From: Candidatus Eiseniibacteriota bacterium
Lineage (GTDB): Bacteria > Eisenbacteria > RBG-16-71-46
Assembly (NCBI GenBank): GCA_963717505.1
Contig: OY970342.1
Location: 992,001 to 1,056,000, forward strand
Length of the DNA: 64,000 bases
Reading direction: 5' to 3'
Below, in pieces: positions 47,316 through 56,143 of this stretch (within the stretch, counting starts at the first letter, position 1; each line of letters starts with the position of its first letter). The position numbers and the translations under genes were made by a program. Under the pieces are notes generated by a model that did no database searches, was not told the DNA's origin, and saw nothing but the letters and a program-made list of their open reading frames with translations.

Positions 47316-50108
47316 TCAGGGCACTCGCACGACCGGTCGGGTCTCGTGGCGTCCTTCGGCGGCCAACCGAACGAAGTAGACCCCGGCCGCAACCCGGCCG
47401 CCCTGCCCGTCGCGACCATCCCAGCGCAGCACGTGCGCTCCGGCATCCAGCCACAGGCCACCCGACAGGCTTCGCACTTCGCGGCCGAGCACGTCGAAGA
47501 CCACCAGCTCCACGCGGCCCGGGCGGCCGAGCGTGAACTGAACCTCGGCGACCTCTCGGAACGGGTTGGGGCCGATCGAGCGCAGCGCGAACGCGCGTTC
47601 CGGACTCACGCCGACCGCGACGTTCTCCGGCGTCGACAATGGATTCCCGGGATCGCTTCCGGCATCGCGCTCGTCGGCGTCGTAGTAGGTGTCGTAGTCG
47701 CGATCGACCCCCATGCGCTCCCCGACGCCGGCGGGAACACCGCTGATCGTGACCGCGGTCGATGCCCCAGCCAGGGCCAGCAACTGTGCCGACGTGCGGT
47801 CGGGTTCCGAGCTGCGATCCGGTCGCCAAAGATCGCCTCCGACATACCACCAGCCCCGAGCCTCGGACCCGACGCGTCCCTTGGCGATCAGATCGCAGTT
47901 GGTCGACGCCGCCTGGCCCTTCAGGGTGTCGAGCCGCGCGAGTGCCGTCGGGTTGCTCGTGTTCGTGCCGTCGAACATCAGTTGATAACCGACCGCGGGC
48001 GGCATACCGGTGTCGAACGCGTGCAGGAACGCCTCGACGTCGCGCCGCTGATTGTCGCCTGCGGCACCGGCGGCGAAATTGAACACCGATGCGTGCAGGA
48101 AGTTGAACAGGTTGTCGATGCCGCCGTCGTGCACGAAGCCGAAGCCGCGTGTGTTCACCGCTCCCGGCGCCTGCGAGAACCCGGTCTTCTTGTACATGTT
48201 CCGGAGCTGCGGAACCTTGATGTCCTGGTCTTCGAGCAAGACATCGTCCGGGAACACGACGCCGTTGGTGCCCGAAGGCAAGGAGTGGCAGCCGGCGCAC
48301 GTCAGGCCGCCATCCACCGGCGTGGTGCGGAAGAAGACATCGCCGCGCCTGGCACTCGGTTGTCCAGCCGGTGCGTCGGGGAACGTGCGGTTCAGGTGCT
48401 GGGCCGGATTGGGCGGGTAGACGAGCGGCAGGACAAAATCGTTGAACGCCGCCATTTCGCTCGAGGACAGCGGGGTCGACCGGCCGAGCAGGCCGACGAA
48501 TGCCGGATTGAACGCGTTCAGGTCCTGCCGGTCTCCGCGCCAGTGCAGGAGCCCGGTCCCGGGCAGCCCGCGCAGCGACTGGGTCACCATCGGGCCCTTC
48601 ATCGGATCGAAGCCCTCGAGCACCGGCGTGGTCGGTTGTCCGGCGGGCGGCGGCTGGTACGCACCGCTCGGGTCGCCGAGGTCCCACGCGAGGTTGTCGA
48701 AGTCGCCGAACACGTGGCAGGTCGCGCACGATTGATCGCCGTGGCCCGAGGTGAAGCCGCCGTAGAAGAACGGGCGGCCCGCAGCGATCGCTTCGGGGGT
48801 TGGATCGAATCCGATCGAGGCGACCGCGAGCGGCGCCAGCGTGCTCGAAAATGTCTGGAGCTGGTTCTCGAAACGACCCACGACGTAGATCCGCCCGCGC
48901 GCCTGATCCACGACCACGCCGGTCGGTCCCGGCACCGTCGGCACCCGCGCCATCACGCCGCTGCCCGCGGGATCGATCACCCCCAGGCGATTGCTGGCCA
49001 TCGAGGTGACGTAGAGCCGGTTGCCATTGGCTGAGAATGCGATCCCGGTGGGCGTGCCGAGCGCCGAATCGCGCTCCGACTGCGGGCCGGGGGTGACCGA
49101 GTAGTTCACGTGCGGATTCAGATTGCGGATCGTCGTGGTCCCCGCGGCACTGATCAGCCCGATCTGCGTGTCCACGATGTGCCCGCGCAGGCGGGGCTCG
49201 AAACGCTGGAGGTTGCGGGCCTCGGTGCTCGACACCGCGATCCGGCCGTCGGTCGGGCTCACCGCGAGCCCGAAGTTCACCGCACCCAAATCCCCGAACG
49301 TACGCGTCACGGTCTTGGACACCGTGCTGATCTCGGCCACGTCGGTGTCGAGGATCGAGTAGGGCAGTGCGGCCGTGTGATCGTTGCCGTACATGTCGTT
49401 CCACTGACCTGCCTGATGCTGGACGATCAGCGCCACGTTGGGTGGGTTGGCGGGCAGCGAGTCGTCGCGCGGGAACGCCGGGTCGTCCAGCGTGTCCGAG
49501 TCGTACGCGTTGAACGGCAGGACCGACGTGCGGTTCCCGGCGTTGAACACGGCCGTGTACACCAGCGTTCCCGCGGCGTTCGCCGCCAGGGCGCGCGGCA
49601 TGCGTCCGCCAATCGGGATGTCGACCGGCGCGGCCGACAGATTGGCGGGGTCGTAGACCCGCACCCGATTCTCCTGCGACACGCTGACGTAGGCGCGCAC
49701 GGGGCTGCCCGCAAACACCACGTCGCTCGGCTCGTCGCCGACTCGTAGCGTGGCGCGGACGTGGAACGTGGCGAGATCCACGATGCTGATGTTGTCCGAA
49801 AGGTGGTTGACGACCCAGGCCGTGCCGTCGTCGAGACACGACACCGCGACCGGCTCGAGACCAATCGGGATCTCGGCCACGCGGACCGGAAGGGTCCCGG
49901 TCAGGTCGAAGACGGTGAGCCGGGCGTCCGGAGTGTTGACCACCAGCAGACGGTCCCCCGACGGTGTCATGGCCGCCGGCCGGACGTGCCCGCTTTCGAA
50001 GTGGACGAACGGCGGTGTGATCGCGGGGCGTGATCGCAGGTGCCTCGGCATCGCCAGCAGGCCGGCTGCGAGCACCAGCAGTGCAACAACAGGCGCCAAT
50101 CGCCGCAT
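47316..50108 (-). CDS. Secreted YVTN/YncE beta-propeller plus diheme cytochrome c (CCP/MauG-like) fusion with C-terminal FlgD-Ig domain
   Basis: Signal peptide; GLEP/GDEP/VPGPTG blades; CATCH and CAGCH; TQSLRG..LHWRGDR, KVPQLRN; PNPF...WDGRD..G..VAAGVYF. Confidence 0.82.
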   Translation of the reverse strand: MRRLAPVVALLVLAAGLLAMPRHLRSRPAITPPFVHFESGHVRPAAMTPSGDRLLVVNTPDARLTVFDLTGTLPVRVAEIPIGLEPVAVSCLDDGTAWVVNHLSDNISIVDLATFHVRATLRVGDEPSDVVFAGSPVRAYVSVSQENRVRVYDPANLSAAPVDIPIGGRMPRALAANAAGTLVYTAVFNAGNRTSVLPFNAYDSDTLDDPAFPRDDSLPANPPNVALIVQHQAGQWNDMYGNDHTAALPYSILDTDVAEISTVSKTVTRTFGDLGAVNFGLAVSPTDGRIAVSSTEARNLQRFEPRLRGHIVDTQIGLISAAGTTTIRNLNPHVNYSVTPGPQSERDSALGTPTGIAFSANGNRLYVTSMASNRLGVIDPAGSGVMARVPTVPGPTGVVVDQARGRIYVVGRFENQLQTFSSTLAPLAVASIGFDPTPEAIAAGRPFFYGGFTSGHGDQSCATCHVFGDFDNLAWDLGDPSGAYQPPPAGQPTTPVLEGFDPMKGPMVTQSLRGLPGTGLLHWRGDRQDLNAFNPAFVGLLGRSTPLSSSEMAAFNDFVLPLVYPPNPAQHLNRTFPDAPAGQPSARRGDVFFRTTPVDGGLTCAGCHSLPSGTNGVVFPDDVLLEDQDIKVPQLRNMYKKTGFSQAPGAVNTRGFGFVHDGGIDNLFNFLHASVFNFAAGAAGDNQRRDVEAFLHAFDTGMPPAVGYQLMFDGTNTSNPTALARLDTLKGQAASTNCDLIAKGRVGSEARGWWYVGGDLWRPDRSSEPDRTSAQLLALAGASTAVTISGVPAGVGERMGVDRDYDTYYDADERDAGSDPGNPLSTPENVAVGVSPERAFALRSIGPNPFREVAEVQFTLGRPGRVELVVFDVLGREVRSLSGGLWLDAGAHVLRWDGRDGQGGRVAAGVYFVRLAAEGRHETRPVVRVP

Positions 50109-50233
50109 GGATGAACACTCGGGGACTGAGGGATTCGGGCTGCCCGGCGGATTGTAGGACAAGGAAACGCCCCGGTCGACAGCAACCGGGGCGTCCCGGG
50201 GCGATATCGCAGTTGCTGCCTGCGCTATCGCTT

Positions 50234-50459
50234 CTATCTGCCGAGCATCACCATCTTCTTCACGCCCTCGAATCCAACACCCTGTTTGAGCTTGGTGAAG
50301 TAGACGCCCGACGCCACACGCTGACCCGCGGCATCGGTGCCGTCCCACACCACCGTGTGCTCACCGGCCTCGAAGTTGCGGTACGGGCTGAGCGCCTGCC
50401 GATGCGAACCAGGTCGGGGCGGCAGACAGCGCAAGCAGCAGAATGCGCAAACGCGGCAT
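50234..50459 (-). pseudogene. Remnant of a secreted FlgD-Ig-tailed protein: signal peptide joined out of frame to the last part of the C-terminal domain
   Basis: GGAGG RBS plus MPRLRILLLALSAAPTWFASAGA-QP, followed in another frame by GEHTVVWDGTDAAGQRVASGVYF...KKMVML. Confidence 0.6.
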
Positions 50460-50910
50460 GATCGGTCCTCCATTCGAGTGCGGGGCGGAAAAACTCGAAC
50501 GCGGCACGGGGGGACGTGCCCTGACCAGCAGGGTGGGGGACACCCATCGGCGTCCGCTTTGGCAGGAGCAGACGCGAGCCCGGTCCTCTCGTCCGGGCGG
50601 AACGGCGGCGTTACCGAGCCTGTGACCCGCGCTGCTGGGTCACTCCCAAGACACTTCACATTGTACGGACCCGGATTCGGCTGTACAGCCATTTCTTCGT
50701 TACGGGCACGATGGTGGACCCCTCAACGGAGCGAAAGCGGGCGGCCGCGGCCCTTGAAAAGTCCTCGGGGTCGGCCTCTGTTAGATACAGGCCGGTAATC
50801 CGACGGTCATTCGGCCTCAACATTGTTCCTCTAGGCTTTCTGTGGGGTCGTGGTACAGTTTCTCCCGCGAAGGGAGCCGCGCCCCTCAAACCCGCAGTGA
50901 GGAGGGCTGG

Positions 50911-51144
50911 ATGAATCGCATCATCCTGCTCCAAGAGCTGGGCCCAGCGATTGCGCAGGGCTTCAGCGAGTTCGTACGCGAGCACATCATCGACGACGAT
51001 CCGTGGGATCCGGAGACGGTGCTCGCGTTGTTGTCGGCCGCCGTGGGCCGTCCGCTGCCGAGTCGGCTCGGCGGCTACGTATTCTTGAACGCCGCGACGA
51101 CGGCGACCGCCCTGCGCACCGAGGGATCGGGCCGCTTGGCGTGA
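50911..51144 (+). CDS. Possible small hypothetical protein
   Basis: Strong GAGGAGG RBS, upstream TGGTACAGT extended -10-like site, GC3-rich 5' part; the 3' end overlaps the convergent gene by 70 nt. Confidence 0.35.
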   Translation: MNRIILLQELGPAIAQGFSEFVREHIIDDDPWDPETVLALLSAAVGRPLPSRLGGYVFLNAATTATALRTEGSGRLA

Positions 51145-52211
51145 CCGAAGCGAACCAGCATCAGCGGTTCGCTCTTGGTCGCTGAAAAACGCGCGAGCAC
51201 GTCGTCGCGATAGTCCGCCAGATCGATCGCATCGTTGATCGGCTGGTGCGCGATTCCCAGTTGCGTGGCCTTGAGCGCGATCCGCTCGTAGACCTGCCCG
51301 CCCATCAACCACGCGTTCTCCCCCGACTTCTCCCCGGAGAGCAACGCCACCTCTCCCGCCGAACGCATGCAGGAGTGTGCGCGCCGGCCGGCGGCCTCGA
51401 TCCCGAAGCGGTGCATGCGACTGTTCGGATCGAAGTAGCGACCCGCGAACCAGCGCGCGAGTCCGCCGTGCTCCATGGCGTCGACCGTGACGCCATCGCC
51501 GCGCTTGCGCGCTTCGTCCTCGCCGAACCGCATCCAGGCGAGTTGTTCGGCCGCGGTCTTTCGTTCGCGAGCTCGGGCTTCGGCGGCGGCACGCGCGACG
51601 TCGGCCAGGTCGCGAATCTCGTCCTCGGAATCCAGCCAGTCGAGCCGATAGCCGTCCGGGACCTGAGCCGTCATCTGCGCCCGATTTTCGCGGAAGATGC
51701 CGCGGCCATCGAATCCGCGCCGGTTGGTGCGACGGTTCGGGATCGCGTGGAAGAGCGCCACGTCGCGTGGTGTATCGCCGGCGGTCCATGAGATTTCGGC
51801 CACGACCGCGTCCGTCCGTCCGCGCGGAAAGTGCGTGACCGCCGGTCGCAGGCCGTACGCGCGCGCGGCGACCAGGAGATTCTCGAGTGCGGCGCCGAGC
51901 GAAATCATCGTGCCGCGGCGAGTCGGGTCGAGCGCCGGCAGGACGCGGCGCGTGTCGGCGACCACCCGGATCGAGCCGTCGACCTCGAATCGCCAGGGCT
52001 GCGTGTTCCAGTCGCTCGGCGCCAGTACGGCCGCCGCGACCAGCGCCCGCGCCAGCTCGACCGGGTCCGAGGGCGGGACACTCGGCAGCGACCATGCCTG
52101 GAGGGCCGCCGAATTCTTCTTGGCGGCGATCGCCCAATCCCCGGGGCGCAGCATGGTGAACGCGGCGGCGCCAGCGGCCATGGCCAGAAACCGCCTGCGG
52201 TCCACCGTCAC
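51075..52211 (-). CDS. Tat-exported Acg-like nitroreductase-family flavoprotein
   Basis: DRRRFLAM signal; APSDWNTQPWRF, SLGAALENL, RRTNR, GQVYERIAL.AT..G; start 52211 or 52205. Confidence 0.85.
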   Translation of the reverse strand: MTVDRRRFLAMAAGAAAFTMLRPGDWAIAAKKNSAALQAWSLPSVPPSDPVELARALVAAAVLAPSDWNTQPWRFEVDGSIRVVADTRRVLPALDPTRRGTMISLGAALENLLVAARAYGLRPAVTHFPRGRTDAVVAEISWTAGDTPRDVALFHAIPNRRTNRRGFDGRGIFRENRAQMTAQVPDGYRLDWLDSEDEIRDLADVARAAAEARARERKTAAEQLAWMRFGEDEARKRGDGVTVDAMEHGGLARWFAGRYFDPNSRMHRFGIEAAGRRAHSCMRSAGEVALLSGEKSGENAWLMGGQVYERIALKATQLGIAHQPINDAIDLADYRDDVLARFSATKSEPLMLVRFGHAKRPDPSVRRAVAVVAAFKNT

Positions 52212-52406
52212 CTTCGGCCGGCTCGCGGAATCAGAGCGACGAGTCCGGGTTGCGGGTCTACCCAGAGATCGAACTCCTCGAAAGGCCGGCAGCCCGTCGA
52301 TCCCTGATCGGCGCCGCCAGCGAGGCTTGAAGCTGGCCGACAGAGTGTCGGAGTGCCGACGGGCCGTCAATGCCCTGACCGCAAACCTCTGCGGCGCAAT
52401 GGGTAA

Positions 52407-52829
52407 CTACTTACAGCGGAGTGAGGCGACCATCTGGCGCGCCTGCCGGGCGCGGGACTCGGCGCTCGCGAGGTCTCCCTGGGCAATCGCCGATCGGACG
52501 CGCGCGAGCAAGGCGTTCGCGGAGTCGACGATGCCTTCCTGGTCGGGCAGGAGCTTGATGCCCTGGCAATCACGCAATGCTTTGCGGACCGCCAGCGTGT
52601 CGGCGGCAATACGCTCGGAGGCACTCGATCGAGTGCGGTCCGACATGGGCGCCGGTTTCGCCGCCTGCGCCGAGTCCGCCGTGGCCCCGGGTTGGACTGG
52701 GGTCGGGCGATCGTCGATCGGCACCGAGCTGCGTCGCTTGGGACTGCCGGCGCAGCCCGACGCGACCGCGGCCAGCACGACGAGCATCGCGATCAGCGCA
52801 CCCGCCGGGACCCGGGGGCCCCTCACCAC
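52407..52829 (-). CDS. Hypothetical lipoprotein
   Basis: Hydrophobic stretch plus ASG-C lipobox; helical C-terminus with a Cys pair. Confidence 0.6.
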   Translation of the reverse strand: MVRGPRVPAGALIAMLVVLAAVASGCAGSPKRRSSVPIDDRPTPVQPGATADSAQAAKPAPMSDRTRSSASERIAADTLAVRKALRDCQGIKLLPDQEGIVDSANALLARVRSAIAQGDLASAESRARQARQMVASLRCK

Positions 52830-53017
52830 CCGACACTCCGCCCGGTCCCTGCTGGGGTGAATCGAGCTCAACGGCCGCGCCGCGCGCCACTCACCGCCGG
52901 CATCGCAGGGGGCGTGCCGGTCCTGCGAGGCGATGCTGGATCGAGTCATCGAGCCCGCCGCGCGACCGCGGGTCGACAGCGACGACCAAACCGAGGCGAG
53001 GAGCCGGCTCACCAGGA

Positions 53018-53647
53018 TCAGTAGACGATCGAGTAGTTGAGCTTGAGGCCAACCTGCGTGGTCGTGCCTTCCTTGGGCGCGAACACGGGATTCGGATCGT
53101 CGGTCGCGACATCGATCCAACTGAACCTGACGTCCAGCCCGAGCACGCCGGCGCGGTAGATCGGCGTGTTGGCGCCGAGCAATATGTAGTAGCCGGGTTC
53201 GAATTGCCCACTGTCGTCGCCGGTTCGATAGTACTTGCGGTAGTAGGCGCCGCCGCCGAACCCGACGTAGGGGCGAATCTCGTTGGTCCAGCGCATGTGC
53301 CGGACCAGCTCGAGCGTCAGCGGGATCGAGTATTCGGTCGCGTTGCCGAGCGAGCCCAGATTCTCGACGTGCACGTAGCCGCCGAACGAGAACTTCGGCA
53401 GCATCTTGGTGAGCATTCGGCTGTAGCCGAAGCCGGCGCCGAAGCCGGCGTCGGGGGCATTGCCCTCGCCCGACCGCGCGGTCCCCATGCGCAGAGAGAC
53501 CCATTGGGTTCCGGGGGCCCACGGGCTCTCGGGACCGACCGCAGCCTGGGCGCACGGCACCGCCACCGGGAGGGTCCAGGCCGCGAGTGCAGCGAGCGTC
53601 CCCACGAACGTCCAGAGGAGCGACCGCCGCGACGGATTGATCCTCAC
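53018..53647 (-). CDS. Small outer-membrane beta-barrel protein (OmpA-like TM domain)
   Basis: AAGGAG RBS; signal peptide; RPYVGFGGG; alternating strands; terminal aromatic residue (LNYSIVY). Confidence 0.75.
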   Translation of the reverse strand: MRINPSRRSLLWTFVGTLAALAAWTLPVAVPCAQAAVGPESPWAPGTQWVSLRMGTARSGEGNAPDAGFGAGFGYSRMLTKMLPKFSFGGYVHVENLGSLGNATEYSIPLTLELVRHMRWTNEIRPYVGFGGGAYYRKYYRTGDDSGQFEPGYYILLGANTPIYRAGVLGLDVRFSWIDVATDDPNPVFAPKEGTTTQVGLKLNYSIVY

Positions 53648-53876
53648 ATCCGACTCCTTTCCATTTGGCACTCGAACTCCCGGCCTTCTCGTCCCGTGAC
53701 GGGACAGGGCGGGAGACGCTAGCAACCGCGGGCTCCGACCACAAGCCGGCGGCAGGCCGAGGCCGCGTCTTTCGGGAACCCCTCGTGGCCGCCCCCCGCT
53801 ACGCGGAGACGCTCCCTCCGATTCGAGGCGGATTGGACTTCCCCCGTCGCGGAAGCTTCGTTAGCTTGTGGGGCTC

Positions 53877-55157
53877 ATGAGCCCGGTCCGCTCCCTGCGT
53901 CCGCCCCCGCTTCGCTATCGTGCCGCGCGCCGCACCGACGTCGAGACTCTGGCCGACCTCGGCATGCGCGCTTATCGCGTTTCGAGCCTCGAGCAGCGCC
54001 GCGAGTTCTACACCGATCATCCCCGGTTCGGCCTGCGCGACGTGCGCGTCGGCGAGCTCGATGGTCAGGTGGTTGCCTCGCTCGTGCTCTATTCGTTCAC
54101 CAGCTACGTGCGGGGCACCCGGGTACCGCTCACCGGTATCGGGTCGGTGGCGGTGTCCCCGGAGCATCGCCGCCGCGGCGTCGGCGAGGCGCTGATGCGC
54201 GCCGCCTTGCGCGAGGCCCGCCAGGAAGGTCGAGCGTTCGTCATGCTCTACCCGTTTCGCGCGTCGTACTACGGGCGGCTCGGCTTCGGCACGATCGAAG
54301 TCGTCCAGGAGCTGGCGATCGCGCCCGGCAACCTGCCGGACTCCGACGAGGCACGCTTCACGCGACGACTGATGCTCCCCGACCGGCCCGCGGTCCAGGC
54401 GCTGTTCGAGCGCGTGGTCGCCGCCCAGGGGCACTTCGCGCTCACGCGTAGTCCGGACTGGTGGCATCGGCGGCTATGGACCTATCCCGGCGACTGGATT
54501 ATCTACGAGGGCCGGCGCCGCGGTCAGATCGAAGGTTACCTCTACTACGAAGTGGATTCTTCGCACGGCCCGTTCCGCCTGGCGCTGGCGCTCAACGAAT
54601 TCGTGGCCGCCACCCCCGAGGCGCATCGCGGCCTGGTCGGCTACCTGCGCTCGCTCTCGGACCAGGTCCAGGAGATCCACTACGCAGCACCCGGCGACAA
54701 CGGCTGGATTGCGATGCTCAAGACCGCGCAGAACCTGAGACCCGGCGCCGAGATCGGACTGTTCCACGACACCGGCAACGTCGCCCACGGCGCAATGCTG
54801 CGGCTGACCGACCCCAAGCTCGCGCTCGAGTCGCTGCCGGCGGCACCCGGAGTGCGCGGCGAGCTGCTGCTCGAGGTCGACGATCCGGTGCTGCCGGTCA
54901 ACTCGCGCGGCTATCGCGTCACGGTGCGCGACGGGAAATTCAAGGTCTCGTTCCAATCGACGCGACGCGGCCCGCGCGCCAAGCTGCCGCGGCTGGTGGT
55001 CGACGCCGAAGCCCTCGGCCCGCTGGTTGCGGGCGCCTGGTCGCCGACCCGTGCCACCGAGATGGGCCTGATCCGGTCGGTCCACGGCGGCGCCGAGGTC
55101 GCCGAGCACTGGTTCCGGGCGCGGCCGGCGTTCCTGTACCAGATGAACGCGTTCTGA
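53877..55157 (+). CDS. Eis-family GNAT acetyltransferase
   Basis: IGSVAVSPEHRRRGVG, LYPF...YYGRLGF, MLRLTD, SCP2-like C-terminus ending in F. Confidence 0.88.
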   Translation: MSPVRSLRPPPLRYRAARRTDVETLADLGMRAYRVSSLEQRREFYTDHPRFGLRDVRVGELDGQVVASLVLYSFTSYVRGTRVPLTGIGSVAVSPEHRRRGVGEALMRAALREARQEGRAFVMLYPFRASYYGRLGFGTIEVVQELAIAPGNLPDSDEARFTRRLMLPDRPAVQALFERVVAAQGHFALTRSPDWWHRRLWTYPGDWIIYEGRRRGQIEGYLYYEVDSSHGPFRLALALNEFVAATPEAHRGLVGYLRSLSDQVQEIHYAAPGDNGWIAMLKTAQNLRPGAEIGLFHDTGNVAHGAMLRLTDPKLALESLPAAPGVRGELLLEVDDPVLPVNSRGYRVTVRDGKFKVSFQSTRRGPRAKLPRLVVDAEALGPLVAGAWSPTRATEMGLIRSVHGGAEVAEHWFRARPAFLYQMNAF

Positions 55158-55170
55158 GTTCGGAACCCCG

Positions 55171-55611
55171 GTGAGCGAGCCCGCGTTTCCGGTCCGCCAG
55201 ATCGTGCAACCCCGATTTCGCGACACCGATGCGATGGGCCACATCAACAACGCGGTCTACATCACCTACCTCGAAGTGGCGCGCCAGGAGTACTGGGCCC
55301 GGCTCGACGGCACCACCGACTACCAGCGGGTACCGTTCATCCTCGCGCACGTGCGCTGCGACTTCCGCTCCGAGGCGTTGATGCACGAGACGCTGGCGAT
55401 CGACATCCGTTGCCCATGGATCGGCGGCAAGTCGTTCGCGTTCGCCTACGAGATCCGCGATCAGGCCACCGGCCGCCTGGTGGTCGAGGCCGAGACCGTG
55501 CAGGTCTGTTACGACTACGCGAGCAAGCGCAGCATCCCGATGCCCGAGGCCCTGCGACACGCGCTCGAGGCGTTCGAAGGGCGGAGCCTGAGCCGTGCTG
55601 CCCACACGTGA
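55171..55611 (+). CDS. Acyl-CoA thioesterase (4HBT/YbgC hot-dog fold)
   Basis: RFRDTDAMGHINNAVYITYLEVAR, GGKSF. Confidence 0.9.
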   Translation: MSEPAFPVRQIVQPRFRDTDAMGHINNAVYITYLEVARQEYWARLDGTTDYQRVPFILAHVRCDFRSEALMHETLAIDIRCPWIGGKSFAFAYEIRDQATGRLVVEAETVQVCYDYASKRSIPMPEALRHALEAFEGRSLSRAAHT

Positions 55612-56143
55612 GCCGTTGGAGGCAGTCGCGGCGCGATTGCGCGCCGCCGGCATTCCGTTCGCCCTGGGCGGCAGCGCGCTGCTGCATGCGATCGGGCTCG
55701 AGAGCCGAGTCGGCGACTGGGATCTGACCACCGACGCCGAGGTCGATGACGTCGCCCTGGCACTCGACGACCTCGAGCCGGCGCGCCACGGTCACTCGGG
55801 CGTCCACGCGGATCACAAGCTGGTGTGCTTCGGCGGCACGGTCGAGGTGATCTGCCGCATGGCGTTCTTCACGCCGGGAGGCATCGTGCGCATTCCCACC
55901 GTGGCAACCGCAACCTGGGAAGGCCATCCGGTCGGCAGCCCGGCGGCGTGGGCTGTGGCGTACGCCCTGATGGCCGGCGAGAAAGCCGGCTACGAGTCGA
56001 AGGCCGAGCGGTTGTTCGCGTGGACGGTCGGGCGGATCACCGAGGCCGAGCGCTCGGCGCTGGCGCGCGAGCCGGTCCCGGCGGCGATTGCCGCGCGTCT
56101 CGCGCCCGCCGCAGTCGAGACTAGAGAATCTCCGCCAGCTTGA
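55595..56143 (+). CDS. Pol-beta-superfamily nucleotidyltransferase-like protein
   Basis: FALGGSALL...VGDWDL (GS plus DxD). Confidence 0.7.
   Translation: MLPTREPLEAVAARLRAAGIPFALGGSALLHAIGLESRVGDWDLTTDAEVDDVALALDDLEPARHGHSGVHADHKLVCFGGTVEVICRMAFFTPGGIVRIPTVATATWEGHPVGSPAAWAVAYALMAGEKAGYESKAERLFAWTVGRITEAERSALAREPVPAAIAARLAPAAVETRESPPA

Noticed and set aside
47316-50108. Hydrazine synthase beta/gamma-like assignment for the propeller-diheme fusion
   Set aside because: Only architectural resemblance; no alpha subunit or other anammox genes in the window
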